DNA of 64,000 nucleotides from Sphingomonadaceae bacterium (GTDB lineage: Bacteria > Pseudomonadota > Alphaproteobacteria > Sphingomonadales > Sphingomonadaceae). A program made the translations under genes and the position numbers. Positions 9,744 through 18,923 of the stretch are shown piece after piece. Positions within the stretch are counted from its first letter, which is position 1; every line of letters begins with the position of its first letter. The notes below the pieces were generated by a model, which was not told the origin of the DNA, searched no databases, and saw only the letters and a program-made list of their open reading frames with translations. The DNA lies in assembly GCA_041739175.1 (NCBI GenBank), contig JBGSOJ010000007.1:937-64936 (forward strand), read 5' to 3'.

Positions 9744-9762
9744 TTAAAAACCCTTTAACCAT
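9744..9762 (+). promoter_or_regulatory. candidate CtrA box TTAA-N7-TTAACCAT
   Basis: TTAAaaaccctTTAACCAT read directly. Lies 46-60 nt upstream of the CHASE2-EAL start, in the 97-bp gap to the Lrp gene. Confidence 0.5.
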
Positions 9763-9819
9763 GACCAGCGGCTGGGTGCGTATACACGATTATACAACCA
9801 TTAGCCTAAATCTCGCAGG

Positions 9820-10284
9820 CTATTTCATCTCATTAAGAGGAACAGCGTGCCCGTGTTTCACCGTTTGCAGCACAAGAATGGATTGAACATCGCTAACCCC
9901 CTCTATCCGAACCAATTTCTTAAGCACAATTTCGTTTAAATGATCTACATCGCGGGCGACTATGTGGAGGATGTAGTCCATCTCACCAGTCACAGCGAAG
10001 CAGGCAATAACGCTGTCCAGCGCCCCCACCTCTGCCTCAAAACGATCAATAGTGCTGTCATTGTGTTGCTTCAGATTGGCCAGAACAAAGGCCTGCATGG
10101 CGAAGCCTAATTTACGGGCATCCATGCGCGTGGTGTAACCCGTAATGTAGCCTTCTGTTTCTAAGGCTTTGATCCGCCGTGTAACCGGCGTTGCTGACAG
10201 CGCCACTTGATCGGCCAACATCGTCACAGGCATACGAGCATCCGATTGCAACGCGCGAAGAATGGAACGATCAATTTTATCCAT
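9820..10284 (-). CDS. Lrp/AsnC family transcriptional regulator
   Basis: MDKIDRSILRALQSDARMPVTMLADQVALSATPVTRRIKALE HTH plus a C-terminal RAM/AsnC_trans_reg-like domain. Divergent from phhA. Confidence 0.9.
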   Translation of the reverse strand: MDKIDRSILRALQSDARMPVTMLADQVALSATPVTRRIKALETEGYITGYTTRMDARKLGFAMQAFVLANLKQHNDSTIDRFEAEVGALDSVIACFAVTGEMDYILHIVARDVDHLNEIVLKKLVRIEGVSDVQSILVLQTVKHGHAVPLNEMK

Positions 10285-10386
10285 TGCACTTAAAACAGCC
10301 CATAGTTAGCGTTATTCACTAAAATTAGGCCATAACGCATCAAACTTTGCAACCAAATTCCAAAAGCGATGTGATATTGTTGATGA

Positions 10387-11325
10387 ATGAAAATCGATCA
10401 ACACAATTCTGGCTCAGCCATCGACGTGGAGAAATTCGGCGCACGTTCGGACAATAATCTGCGCGGCGATTATACAGGCATCGCAGCCGACTTCACGACA
10501 TCTCAGCGTTGGGAAAGCTACACTCCGACGGAGCATGACCGCTGGCGCCGCCTGTTTGCGCGGCAAATTGATATATGCGAGAAACACGCGTCCCGTGCGT
10601 TTTTGGCGGGCTTGCAGAAATTGGATTGCGCCGATGCGATACCCGATTTCGCATTGACCAATGCCATCTTGCGCCGGGCAACGGATTGGGAATTGGTCAC
10701 TGTGCCGGGCTTCATTCCTGACGATCAATTTTTCGCACACTTGGCCGCGCGTCGGTTTCCTGTGACACAATGGATTCGTGAGGAGCACGAACTGGATTAT
10801 CTGGTCGAGCCCGATATTTTCCATGATTTCTTCGGCCATGTACCCCTATTGCTAAATCCTGCCTTTGGCGATTTTTTGCAGAAATACGGTGTCGCGGGGG
10901 AGCGTGCGTTGGCGATGGACGCGCTGCCTATGCTGGCACGGATTTATTGGTACAATGTTGAGTTCGGCCTCATTGAAGAAAACGGGACGATGAAAGCATT
11001 TGGCGCAGGCATTCTGTCAAGCGCCAGTGAGACTGTGCACGCCGTTGCCAGCCCTTTGCCCAGTCGCCTTCGCTTCGATCCAATCCGCATTATGCGCACC
11101 GATTATGCCATTGATGATTTTCAGCGCGTTTATTTCGTCATCAACAGTTTTGAGGACCTGGTGGAGCAGCTCGTGACGCTCGACTTTGCCCCGATTTATG
11201 AGAAGTGGCGCAAGGAACCGCCGATCCATCCCGATGCGCTTTTGCCCGATGACGCCATTGTGCAGGTTGGCAAATGGGCGCGCTTGCCCGATTTTATGCA
11301 ATCTCAGACAGGAGAACCGCAATGA
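10387..11325 (+). CDS. phhA: phenylalanine 4-monooxygenase
   Basis: Aromatic amino acid hydroxylase iron site [15 protein letters not shown] and YWYNVEFGL. Confidence 0.9.
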   Translation: MKIDQHNSGSAIDVEKFGARSDNNLRGDYTGIAADFTTSQRWESYTPTEHDRWRRLFARQIDICEKHASRAFLAGLQKLDCADAIPDFALTNAILRRATDWELVTVPGFIPDDQFFAHLAARRFPVTQWIREEHELDYLVEPDIFHDFFGHVPLLLNPAFGDFLQKYGVAGERALAMDALPMLARIYWYNVEFGLIEENGTMKAFGAGILSSASETVHAVASPLPSRLRFDPIRIMRTDYAIDDFQRVYFVINSFEDLVEQLVTLDFAPIYEKWRKEPPIHPDALLPDDAIVQVGKWARLPDFMQSQTGEPQ

Positions 11326-12434
11326 ACGCCCCCATGACACACGCGCAAACCATCGCCAATCCCGCAGGTCTCGACGGGTTCGAATTCATCGAATTCAGCG
11401 CGCCGGAAAAGGGCGTCATTGAACCTGTGTTCACTGCAATGGGCTTTACTTTGGTCGCGCGACACCGCAGCAAAGACGTGGAGTTGTGGCGGCAAGGCGA
11501 TATCAACCTCATCACCAATTATGAACCAAAAAGCGCGGCGTGGTATTTCGCCCGCGAACATGGGCCATCGGCGTGTGGTATGGCGTTTCGGGTGAAAGAC
11601 GCGCGTGCGGCCTATGCGCACCTTCTCGATCAAGGCGGCGAGCCGGTGGCGGTCAAGACCGGCCCGATGGAACTGCACATCCCCGCCATTCGCGGCATTG
11701 GCGGGGCGATGTTGTATCTCGTGGACCGGTATAGCAGCGCGGAAAACCCAGATGCTTTGTCCATCTATGACATTGATTTTGAGTATTTGCCGGGCGTGGA
11801 GCGGCATCCCGTTGGCGCGGGCCTCAACCTCATCGACCACCTGACGCACAACGTCTATGGCGGGCGGATGGCCTATTGGGCGGATTATTATGAAAAGCTG
11901 TTCAACTTCCGCGAAATCCGCTATTTCGATATTAAGGGCGAATATACCGGCCTGACCAGCAAGGCGTTGACCGCGCCCGATGGCAAAATCAAAATCCCGC
12001 TGAACGAAGAAGGCGAAGGCGGAAAAGGACAAATTGAGGAATTCCTGCGCGCCTTCAATGGAGAGGGCATTCAACATATCGCCTTTATCTGCGACGATTT
12101 GCTGACCGTCTGGGATCGGTTAAGCGCGACCGGCGTGCCGTTCATGACCGCGCCGCCCAAGGCCTATTACGACATGTTGGAGGGCCGCCTGCCCGGCCAT
12201 GGCCAGCCGACCGAGGAATTGCACAAGCGCGGCATATTGCTTGACGGGACGACAGAGGGCGGCAATGCCCGCCTCCTCCTGCAAATTTTCGCCACGCCAA
12301 CCATTGGCCCAGTTTTCTTTGAGTTTATTCAACGCAAAGGCGACGACGGCTTTGGTGAGGGCAATTTCAAGGCCCTGTTCGAAAGCATGGAACGCGACCA
12401 GATTGAACGCGGCACGTTGAAGGTGGAGGGATAA
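11322..12434 (+). CDS. hppD: 4-hydroxyphenylpyruvate dioxygenase
   Basis: ATGA overlap with phhA; GGAGAA RBS. Motifs [31 protein letters not shown] typical of HPPD. Confidence 0.9.
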   Translation: MNAPMTHAQTIANPAGLDGFEFIEFSAPEKGVIEPVFTAMGFTLVARHRSKDVELWRQGDINLITNYEPKSAAWYFAREHGPSACGMAFRVKDARAAYAHLLDQGGEPVAVKTGPMELHIPAIRGIGGAMLYLVDRYSSAENPDALSIYDIDFEYLPGVERHPVGAGLNLIDHLTHNVYGGRMAYWADYYEKLFNFREIRYFDIKGEYTGLTSKALTAPDGKIKIPLNEEGEGGKGQIEEFLRAFNGEGIQHIAFICDDLLTVWDRLSATGVPFMTAPPKAYYDMLEGRLPGHGQPTEELHKRGILLDGTTEGGNARLLLQIFATPTIGPVFFEFIQRKGDDGFGEGNFKALFESMERDQIERGTLKVEG

Positions 12435-12435
12435 C

Positions 12436-12996
12436 ATGACCATGATCACACCCGCCCCTGCGCTTCTCGGCGTCCACCATGTCGCCTATCGGTGTAAGGA
12501 CGCCGCCGAGACCGTCGCCTTCTACCGCGATGTCCTTGGCATGGATTTCCAACTTGCAATTGCCGAGGATAAGGTGCCCTCCACAGGCGCGCCAGATCCC
12601 TATATGCACGTCTTCCTTGATGCGGGCGGCGACAATGTATTGGCCTTTTTCGAAATCCCGAACAGCCCACCGATGGGCCGTGATGAGGCGACGCCCGCGT
12701 GGGTGCAACATATCGCGTTTAAGGTCGCGGATATGGACGCGTTGATAGCGGCAAAGGCGCGGATTGAGGCGCACGGGTTGGAGGTGCTTGGCCCGACGCA
12801 TCATGGGATTTTTAAGTCGATCTATTTCTTCGACCCCAATGGCCATCGGTTGGAACTCGCCGCTAACATCGGCACGCCGGAGCAAATGGCGCAGTTAAAA
12901 TCAGTCGCCGATGAGATGCTCTCCGAATGGAGCGCCACCAAAAAGGCGCCCCGCCACGCCGCATGGTTGCATGAGAAAATCGCCAATGAGAGTTGA
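12436..12996 (+). CDS. VOC (glyoxalase/bleomycin-resistance/extradiol dioxygenase) family protein
   Basis: GVHHVAYRC ... VQHIAFKV ... GHRLELA gives an apparent His/His/Glu metal triad spacing. GGTGGAGGG RBS. Starts 2 nt after the hppD stop. Confidence 0.7.
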   Translation: MTMITPAPALLGVHHVAYRCKDAAETVAFYRDVLGMDFQLAIAEDKVPSTGAPDPYMHVFLDAGGDNVLAFFEIPNSPPMGRDEATPAWVQHIAFKVADMDALIAAKARIEAHGLEVLGPTHHGIFKSIYFFDPNGHRLELAANIGTPEQMAQLKSVADEMLSEWSATKKAPRHAAWLHEKIANES

Positions 12997-13651
12997 TGTA
13001 CAACCCGAAATCGTTTTGCGCGGCTATTTCCGGTCATCGACAACCTACCGTGTGCGTATCGCCCTAAACCTCAAAGGTCTTGAGTATGGCCAGGAACCGG
13101 TCGATTTGCTCACGCGCGAAAATCTTGCCCCCAAGTTTCGTGCCCTTAACCGGTTTGGCAGTGTGCCGTCGCTCTCCATCAACGATGCGCATTGTGCGCA
13201 ATCGCTCGCCATCATCGAAATGCTGGACGAGCGGTGGCCCCATCCTGCATTTTTGCCGACTGAACCTATGGCGCGGGCGAAAGCGCGCGAATGGGCGTTT
13301 GCGATTGCGACAGAATTGCATGCTCCGCTCAATCTGCCGGTTCTGAATTATTTGAAGGATGATTTGGCGCAAGATACGGCGGGCGTGAAGCGGTGGTATC
13401 ACCGTTGGCTTGAACGCACGCTTGCGCCGATTGAGGCGGAACTTGCCATTTGGCCGCACGACCCTCTTCCCTTTGGTACGCCCAGCCTGTTTGAGATTAT
13501 GCTGGTGCCGCAATTATACAATGCGCGCCGATTTGGTTTTGACTTGTCGGCCTATCCCGCCATGATGGCGGCGGATGAAGCGGCGCGGGCGCACCCCGCC
13601 TTTGCCGCCGCGCATCCCGACAACCAACCGGACGCACCAAAAGCGTCATAA
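12986..13651 (+). CDS. maiA: maleylacetoacetate isomerase (zeta-class GST)
   Basis: N-terminal LRGYFRSSTTYRVRIALNLKG and FGSVPSL motifs. 11-nt overlap with the VOC gene. Confidence 0.85.
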   Translation: MRVDVQPEIVLRGYFRSSTTYRVRIALNLKGLEYGQEPVDLLTRENLAPKFRALNRFGSVPSLSINDAHCAQSLAIIEMLDERWPHPAFLPTEPMARAKAREWAFAIATELHAPLNLPVLNYLKDDLAQDTAGVKRWYHRWLERTLAPIEAELAIWPHDPLPFGTPSLFEIMLVPQLYNARRFGFDLSAYPAMMAADEAARAHPAFAAAHPDNQPDAPKAS

Positions 13652-13664
13652 TTCGGAGAGCAAT

Positions 13665-14672
13665 ATGAAACTGGCTTCGCTGAAATCCGGACGCGATGGG
13701 CGTCTTGTCGTCGTGTCCAACGACCTCACGCGGTGCAGTGACGCCACGCATATTGCCCGCACGATGCAGGAGGCACTGGACAATTGGGCCACGGTGGAGG
13801 GCCGCCTCCGCCGCCTCGCTGAAGGGGTGGAAAATGACTCCGTCCCATGCGACCGGTTCCGCGAACGCCACGCCGCCGCGCCTTTGCCCCGCGCATACCA
13901 ATGGGCAGATGGCAGCGCCTATATCAACCATGTCGAACTCGTCCGCAAAGCACGCGGCGCAGAAGTGCCCGAAAGCTTCTACACCGACCCGTTAATGTAT
14001 CAGGGGGGCAGCGACGCCTTCCTTGGTCCGCGCGATCCCATGCCCTTAGCCGATGAGGCATGGGGATGCGATATGGAGGGCGAAATCTGCGTCATCACCG
14101 ACGACGTGCCGCAAGGGGTGAGTGCGGCCGACGCGGAGGGGCATATCAAGCTCATCCTGCTGTGCAATGATGTGAGCTTGCGCAACCTGATCCCCGGCGA
14201 ATTGGCCAAGGGGTTCGGCTTTTTCCAATCGAAACCGCCCACCGCCTTCTCCCCCGTCGCGGTGTCGCCCGATGAGTTGGGCGATACGTGGAAGGACGCG
14301 CGGGTGCATTTGCCCTTGTTGGTCGATTACAACGGCGCGCCTTTTGGGAAGGCGGACGCAGGGGTGGACGCGACGTTCAGCCTTGCCGATCTGGTCGCCC
14401 ATGCGGCAAAAACGCGGCCTTTGGGCGCTGGCACGATTATCGGTAGCGGCACAGTATCAAACCGCGACGCCGACGGAGGGCCAGGCAAGCCAGTGGCTGA
14501 TGGCGGCGCGGGTTATAGCTGCATTGCGGAATTGCGCACGGTGGAGACTATCCAAACAGGCGCAGCGATCACGCCCTTTATGAAGGCCGGCGACACCGTG
14601 CGAATTGAGATGAAGGATGCCGGCGGACATTCGATCTTTGGCGCTATCGAGCAGGAGGTGGTCACCGCTTGA
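13665..14672 (+). CDS. fumarylacetoacetate hydrolase family protein (short form)
   Basis: GGAGAG RBS. FAH-fold C-terminal region (GTIIGSGTVSN..., DTVRIEM). Last gene of the Phe/Tyr cluster. Confidence 0.8.
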   Translation: MKLASLKSGRDGRLVVVSNDLTRCSDATHIARTMQEALDNWATVEGRLRRLAEGVENDSVPCDRFRERHAAAPLPRAYQWADGSAYINHVELVRKARGAEVPESFYTDPLMYQGGSDAFLGPRDPMPLADEAWGCDMEGEICVITDDVPQGVSAADAEGHIKLILLCNDVSLRNLIPGELAKGFGFFQSKPPTAFSPVAVSPDELGDTWKDARVHLPLLVDYNGAPFGKADAGVDATFSLADLVAHAAKTRPLGAGTIIGSGTVSNRDADGGPGKPVADGGAGYSCIAELRTVETIQTGAAITPFMKAGDTVRIEMKDAGGHSIFGAIEQEVVTA

Positions 14673-14674
14673 CG

Positions 14675-14706
14675 CAAAAAAGGAAGCGGATCAAATCTGA
14701 CCCGCC
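14675..14706 (-). terminator. rho-independent terminator after ctrA
   Basis: Minus strand GCGGGTCA-GATT-TGATCCGC hairpin (one G-U pair) followed by TTCCTTTTTTGCG. Confidence 0.5.
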
Positions 14707-14743
14707 CCCTTTAGGATGTTTCTTGTGGGTGTAAAAAACAGCG

Positions 14744-15451
14744 TTACGCGACTCGTGTTTCCATCATTTCTTCGGCATCGACATCGCGCAGGACATAACC
14801 ACGACCCCATACGGTTTCGATGTAGCTATCCCCACCGCAGGCCAGCGCCAATTTCTTGCGCAGCTTACAAATGAAGACGTCGATAATTTTGAGTTCGGGT
14901 TCGTCCATGCCGCCATAAAGGTGGTTCAGGAACATTTCCTTGGTCAGCGTCGTGCCCTTACGCAAGCTGAGCAATTCCAGCATCGCATATTCTTTGCCGG
15001 TCAAATGCACGCGGTTGCCATCAACCTCAACGGTTTTTGCATCCAAGTTTACGGCCAATTTGCCGGTGCGGATGACCGATTGCGAATGCCCTTTTGAGCG
15101 GCGCACAACGGCGTGGATGCGGGCGACGAGTTCCTCACGGTGGAACGGTTTGGTCACATAATCGTCTGCACCAAAGCCGAAGGAGCGCACTTTGCTGTCC
15201 ATTTCCGAAATACCGGACAGGATCAGCACCGGCGTTTGAATCTTCGCCACGCGCAATTTTTTCAGCACATCATAGCCGTGCATATCGGGCAAATTCAGGT
15301 CGAGAAGAATAATATCATAGTCATATAATTTGCCCAGATCGAGGCCTTCTTCGCCCAAATCGGTCTGGTAAACATTGAACCCTTCGGTCGTCAGCATCAT
15401 TTCGATGGCTTTCGCCGTCGTTGGTTCGTCTTCGATTAGCAGCACGCGCAT
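14744..15451 (-). CDS. ctrA: cell-cycle response regulator CtrA (OmpR family)
   Basis: [20 protein letters not shown]...[19 protein letters not shown] receiver domain plus winged-helix C-terminus [17 protein letters not shown]...[13 protein letters not shown]; near-canonical CtrA sequence. Confidence 0.9.
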   Translation of the reverse strand: MRVLLIEDEPTTAKAIEMMLTTEGFNVYQTDLGEEGLDLGKLYDYDIILLDLNLPDMHGYDVLKKLRVAKIQTPVLILSGISEMDSKVRSFGFGADDYVTKPFHREELVARIHAVVRRSKGHSQSVIRTGKLAVNLDAKTVEVDGNRVHLTGKEYAMLELLSLRKGTTLTKEMFLNHLYGGMDEPELKIIDVFICKLRKKLALACGGDSYIETVWGRGYVLRDVDAEEMMETRVA

Positions 15452-15554
15452 CAGGCAGCCCCTTTTATAGTTCCCAAGTGTGACCCGTTCCGTTCGCACC
15501 CCTGCTAACGAGCCGTGGTGTGACATTAACCACGAAAAATATGAACTGAAAAGG

Positions 15555-15569
15555 TTAATTTTGCATTAA
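15555..15569 (-). promoter_or_regulatory. candidate CtrA box TTAA-N7-TTAAC in the ctrA promoter region
   Basis: Plus strand GGTTAAttttgcaTTAA equals minus strand TTAAtgcaaaaTTAACC. About 105 nt upstream of the ctrA ATG. Confidence 0.55.
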
Positions 15570-15647
15570 GCCGCCCAAATCCACGAGTCGCGAGGGATCA
15601 AACAGCTCATAAGTGACTCATTTCTGCGGCTTTCATGCATGTCGACT

Positions 15648-15655
15648 ATGGTTAA
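15648..15655 (-). promoter_or_regulatory. CtrA half-site TTAACCAT (minus strand) upstream of ctrA
   Basis: ATGGTTAA on the plus strand. Further TTAACC-type sites at 15526-15533 (TTAACCAC) and 15680-15687. GANTC sites at 15585-15589 and 15615-15619. Confidence 0.4.
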
Positions 15656-15808
15656 TTTTTTATTCAGCAATGAATGGTGTTAACCGGATTTGGCGTCCTT
15701 TTTGGGACTGACGCGCAATACGCTCTTTGCGAGAGCGCGCCATTACCGCTTGCAAGCGCTGTATGGGTAAGCTATCGGCGCAGTCGTTCGCCATGTTGGG
15801 CGTCCTGC

Positions 15809-15884
15809 AGGAGCGTAGCTCAGTTGGTAGAGCATCGGTCTCCAAAACCGAGGGCCGTGGGTTCGAGTCCCTCCGCTCCTGCCA
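15809..15884 (+). tRNA. trnW: tRNA-Trp (anticodon CCA)
   Basis: Acceptor AGGAGCG/CGCTCCT, D-arm AGCTCAGTTGGTAGAGC, anticodon loop CTCCAAA, T-arm GTGGGTTCGAGTCCCTC, encoded 3' CCA. Canonical position before secE-nusG. Confidence 0.9.
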
Positions 15885-16123
15885 TTTTCCCATGTGCGAA
15901 GATGGATTTCCCTGCACCGTCAAATCGAACGCTAACGATCAACGCGCCTTTGCGCTTGCAATTTTCATCTTGCACTTTTAATGCCGTGGCAATTCCCCAT
16001 ATTCGGACAGGAAACGCTCTCGGCTCACCCGCCGGAGCGATGAAGCCTACCCGAAAGACGGGGCGGCATGGTCGCCAGCAAGTCTGGCGAAGAGACACTG
16101 ACAAAGAGACAGGGCATACGCAC

Positions 16124-16321
16124 ATGGCAAAGTTCAATCCTGGGAAGTTCATCGAAGAAGTCCGTCAGGAAACCCGGCTGATCAGCTGGCCCACTTGGCC
16201 CGAAACGGTGCAAACCGCGATTATGGTCGGCATATTCGTTGTGATCTTGGCATTGTTCTTCTTGGGCGTGGATTCGATTTTTAACGCCATTGTTACATTG
16301 CTGCTCGATTTGGCGAAATAG
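16124..16321 (+). CDS. secE: preprotein translocase subunit SecE
   Basis: 65-aa single-TM protein: MAKFNPGKFIEEVRQETRLISWPTWPET + TM helix. Immediately upstream of nusG. Confidence 0.85.
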   Translation: MAKFNPGKFIEEVRQETRLISWPTWPETVQTAIMVGIFVVILALFFLGVDSIFNAIVTLLLDLAK

Positions 16322-16379
16322 CGCGCTGGCGCAACATTCCCTGCTACCTTCATAGATTTGCGAAAGAAAAGAAAATATT

Positions 16380-16916
16380 ATGGCACGCTGGTACATTATC
16401 CATGCCTATTCGGGTTTTGAGAACAAAGTGCGCGAGGCTATTTTATCCGACGCCGAACGCCTCGGCCTAGAACAATTGGTTGAGGCCGTAGAGGTTCCGA
16501 CGGAGACCATCACTGAGGTGAAGCGCGGCAAAAAGGTGCAAACCGAACGCAAAGTGATGCCAGGTTATGTGCTTGCCAAGCTGCACATGACCGACGATGT
16601 GTATCACTTAGTCAAAAACACACCCAAGGTCACTGGCTTTCTTGGCAATGGCGCGAAGCCGCAGGCAATCAGCGACCGCGAAGCAGCCCGCTATTTCGGC
16701 GCCCGCGAGCAACAAGCGGCTGAACCGAAAAAACATATTTCGGTCGATTACGAAATTGGCGATTCCGTCAAAGTGCTTGGCGGACCGTTCGCCAGCTTCT
16801 CCGGCGCAGTCGAGGAACTCGATTTTGATAAGAGCCGCGTGAAGGTCTCGGTCTCCATTTTTGGCCGGGCAACGCCGGTTGAATTGGACTTTGAAGAAGT
16901 CGAATTGATCAAGTAA
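16380..16916 (+). CDS. nusG: transcription termination/antitermination protein NusG
   Basis: MARWYIIHAYSGFENKV NGN domain and C-terminal KOW (GDSVKVLGGPFASFSGAV). Confidence 0.95.
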   Translation: MARWYIIHAYSGFENKVREAILSDAERLGLEQLVEAVEVPTETITEVKRGKKVQTERKVMPGYVLAKLHMTDDVYHLVKNTPKVTGFLGNGAKPQAISDREAARYFGAREQQAAEPKKHISVDYEIGDSVKVLGGPFASFSGAVEELDFDKSRVKVSVSIFGRATPVELDFEEVELIK

Positions 16917-16922
16917 ACGTCA

Positions 16923-17471
16923 ATGGACGGCATTACGCCCCTTCCCCATATCCGCGCCGCCCGTCTTGATGATGTGGCGGCGCTTGTTGTTTTGGCACGA
17001 GAAACGTTTTGCGATACCTTCGCCCATTTATACGCGCCGAATGACCTCGCTACTTATCTGGCTTCAGCATATTCGGTCGCGGCGTTTGAGCGGATGGTAA
17101 TGGACGAGGCAACGGCTTGCCACATTGCCGAAGCAGACGATGGCCGGTTGCTAGGTTTTTGCGTCACGGTACAAAATCTGGCCATCGATTATGACCCCCG
17201 CCCGCGCCGCGCGCTCGAATTATCAAAGCTGTATTTGCGCACCGAGGCGCAAGGCACGGGTCTTGCCGACGCGTTCATGGCGTGGGCAGAGAGCGCGGCA
17301 CGGCGGAGCGGTTTCGATGAGATCGCAATGTCCGTCTATTGCGACAATATTCGTGCGCAAAAATTTTATCAGCGTCATGGCTATGCCAAATTCGCCGACA
17401 GTTTTTTCATGGTCGGCAACCACCGCGATGACGAATATCTATACCGCAAGGATTTGACACCGCGCGGCTAA
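16923..17471 (+). CDS. GNAT family N-acetyltransferase
   Basis: Motif A region LYLRTEAQGTGLADAFMAWAE and C-terminal QKFYQRHGY. Inserted between nusG and rplK. Confidence 0.75.
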   Translation: MDGITPLPHIRAARLDDVAALVVLARETFCDTFAHLYAPNDLATYLASAYSVAAFERMVMDEATACHIAEADDGRLLGFCVTVQNLAIDYDPRPRRALELSKLYLRTEAQGTGLADAFMAWAESAARRSGFDEIAMSVYCDNIRAQKFYQRHGYAKFADSFFMVGNHRDDEYLYRKDLTPRG

Positions 17472-17652
17472 GTGCGACGCGGTTTCCCTTGCTTTTTCCG
17501 TTTCACTCCCCTAATTGCGCCTCTTCACTGTGTTTTACGCAGTGATTCCGCGTGGGAGGAGGACCAAGTCCTCTGCTTGACCACTTAATTTGACGGGCAC
17601 TTTACCGCATTTATGCGTTCATGGCCCCGACAGAATGAAAGGACTAGCCCCT

Positions 17653-18084
17653 ATGGCTAAGAAGATTGATGGCTACATCAACCTGCACGTTGCTGCCGGT
17701 TCCGCCACCCCATCCCCGCCAATCGGCCCTGCATTGGGTCAACGCGGCGTGAACATCATGGAATTTTGTAAGGCATTCAACGCCGCCACACAAGAAATGG
17801 AAAAGGGCACACCTGTCCCAACCAAAATTACTGTGTTCAGCGACAAGAGCTTTACCTTTGTCACCAAAACCCCTCCCGCTTCGTTCCTGATTAAGAAGGC
17901 CGCTGGCCTGAAGTCGGGATCGAAAGAGCCCGGCAAAATCGGCGCTGGCACGATTACCCGCGCACAACTCGCCGAAATCGCACAGACCAAAATGGCCGAT
18001 TTGAACGCCAATGATTTGGACGCCGCGATTAAGATCATCGAAGGTTCCGCAACCTCGATGGGCCTGCAAGTGGTGGAGGGTTAA
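17653..18084 (+). CDS. rplK: 50S ribosomal protein L11
   Basis: [43 protein letters not shown]. Confidence 0.95.
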   Translation: MAKKIDGYINLHVAAGSATPSPPIGPALGQRGVNIMEFCKAFNAATQEMEKGTPVPTKITVFSDKSFTFVTKTPPASFLIKKAAGLKSGSKEPGKIGAGTITRAQLAEIAQTKMADLNANDLDAAIKIIEGSATSMGLQVVEG

Positions 18085-18088
18085 GACC

Positions 18089-18787
18089 ATGGCAAAGCAA
18101 ACAAAAATGCAAAAGGCACTGGCTGAGAAGCTGGACGCCGACAAATTGTACACCGTCGATGACGCATTGGCGTTGTTGAAGGATCTCAAAACCTCCAAGT
18201 TTGATGAGACGATCGAAGTCGCGCTAAACTTGGGCGTTGATCCGCGTCACGCCGACCAAATGGTGCGCGGCATGGTCTCGCTTCCTGCTGGTACCGGTAA
18301 GGAAATGAAAGTCGCCGTGTTCGCGCGCGGTGATAAAGCCGAAGCGGCGCTTGCCGCTGGTGCCGACAAGGTCGGCGCGGAGGATTTGATGGAGGACATG
18401 CTCGCGGGTAACCTCGATTATGACCGCGTCATTGCCACCCCCGACATGATGGCGATTGTTGGCCGTTTGGGTAAGACTTTGGGTCCAAAGGGCCTGATGC
18501 CGAACCCGAAACTGGGCACCGTTACGCCAAACGTTGCCGACGCCGTGAAAGCCGCAAAAGCGGGTCAGGTTGAGTTCCGCGTTGAAAAGCAGGGCATCAT
18601 CCACAGCGGTATTGGCAAGAAAAGCTTTAGCCAAGCAGACCTGCGCGCGAATTTCGACGCGCTTGTCGATGCCGTCATCAAATCGCGCCCCACTGGCGCG
18701 AAGGGCAAATATGTGCGTAAGGTCGCGTTGACCTCATCGATGGGCCCTGGCCTGAAAATCGATGTCGCGGATGTGCCCGGCGCGTAA
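18089..18787 (+). CDS. rplA: 50S ribosomal protein L1
   Basis: [10 protein letters not shown]...[18 protein letters not shown]...[18 protein letters not shown]. Confidence 0.95.
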   Translation: MAKQTKMQKALAEKLDADKLYTVDDALALLKDLKTSKFDETIEVALNLGVDPRHADQMVRGMVSLPAGTGKEMKVAVFARGDKAEAALAAGADKVGAEDLMEDMLAGNLDYDRVIATPDMMAIVGRLGKTLGPKGLMPNPKLGTVTPNVADAVKAAKAGQVEFRVEKQGIIHSGIGKKSFSQADLRANFDALVDAVIKSRPTGAKGKYVRKVALTSSMGPGLKIDVADVPGA

Positions 18788-18811
18788 GCGTTCGCATTGC
18801 TAGATAAAACG

Positions 18812-18848
18812 ACCGGCGGAGGGGGCGACCTTTCCGCCGGTTTTTTGT
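18812..18848 (+). terminator. rho-independent terminator after rplA
   Basis: ACCGGCGGA...TCCGCCGGT stem followed by TTTTTTGTTG. Confidence 0.7.
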
Positions 18849-18855
18849 TGTCCGC

Positions 18856-18883
18856 TTGACCCGCGTGGCCATGGCGATATGAT
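18856..18883 (+). promoter_or_regulatory. sigma-70-like promoter candidate for the TonB_C gene
   Basis: TTGACC - 16 nt - TATGAT, about 40 nt upstream of the ATG at 18924. Confidence 0.35.
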
Positions 18884-18923
18884 ATTGGCATCAAGCAGCA
18901 GTTGAGCAGCGGGAGGATGCGAT

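Noticed and set aside
15809-16123. tRNA-Trp as a possible integration hotspot, with a 240-nt gap before secE.
   Set aside because: There is no integrase, no direct repeat of the tRNA 3' end and no foreign genes. tRNA-Trp-secE-nusG is the canonical bacterial arrangement.
17472-17652. A possible L1-binding autoregulatory leader before rplK (hairpins CACTG..CAGTG and GAGGAC-CAA-GTCCTC next to GGGAGGAGG).
   Set aside because: I cannot match it confidently to the 23S L1-stalk mimic by eye. It needs a covariance-model search (Rfam L1 leader-type models) before being called.
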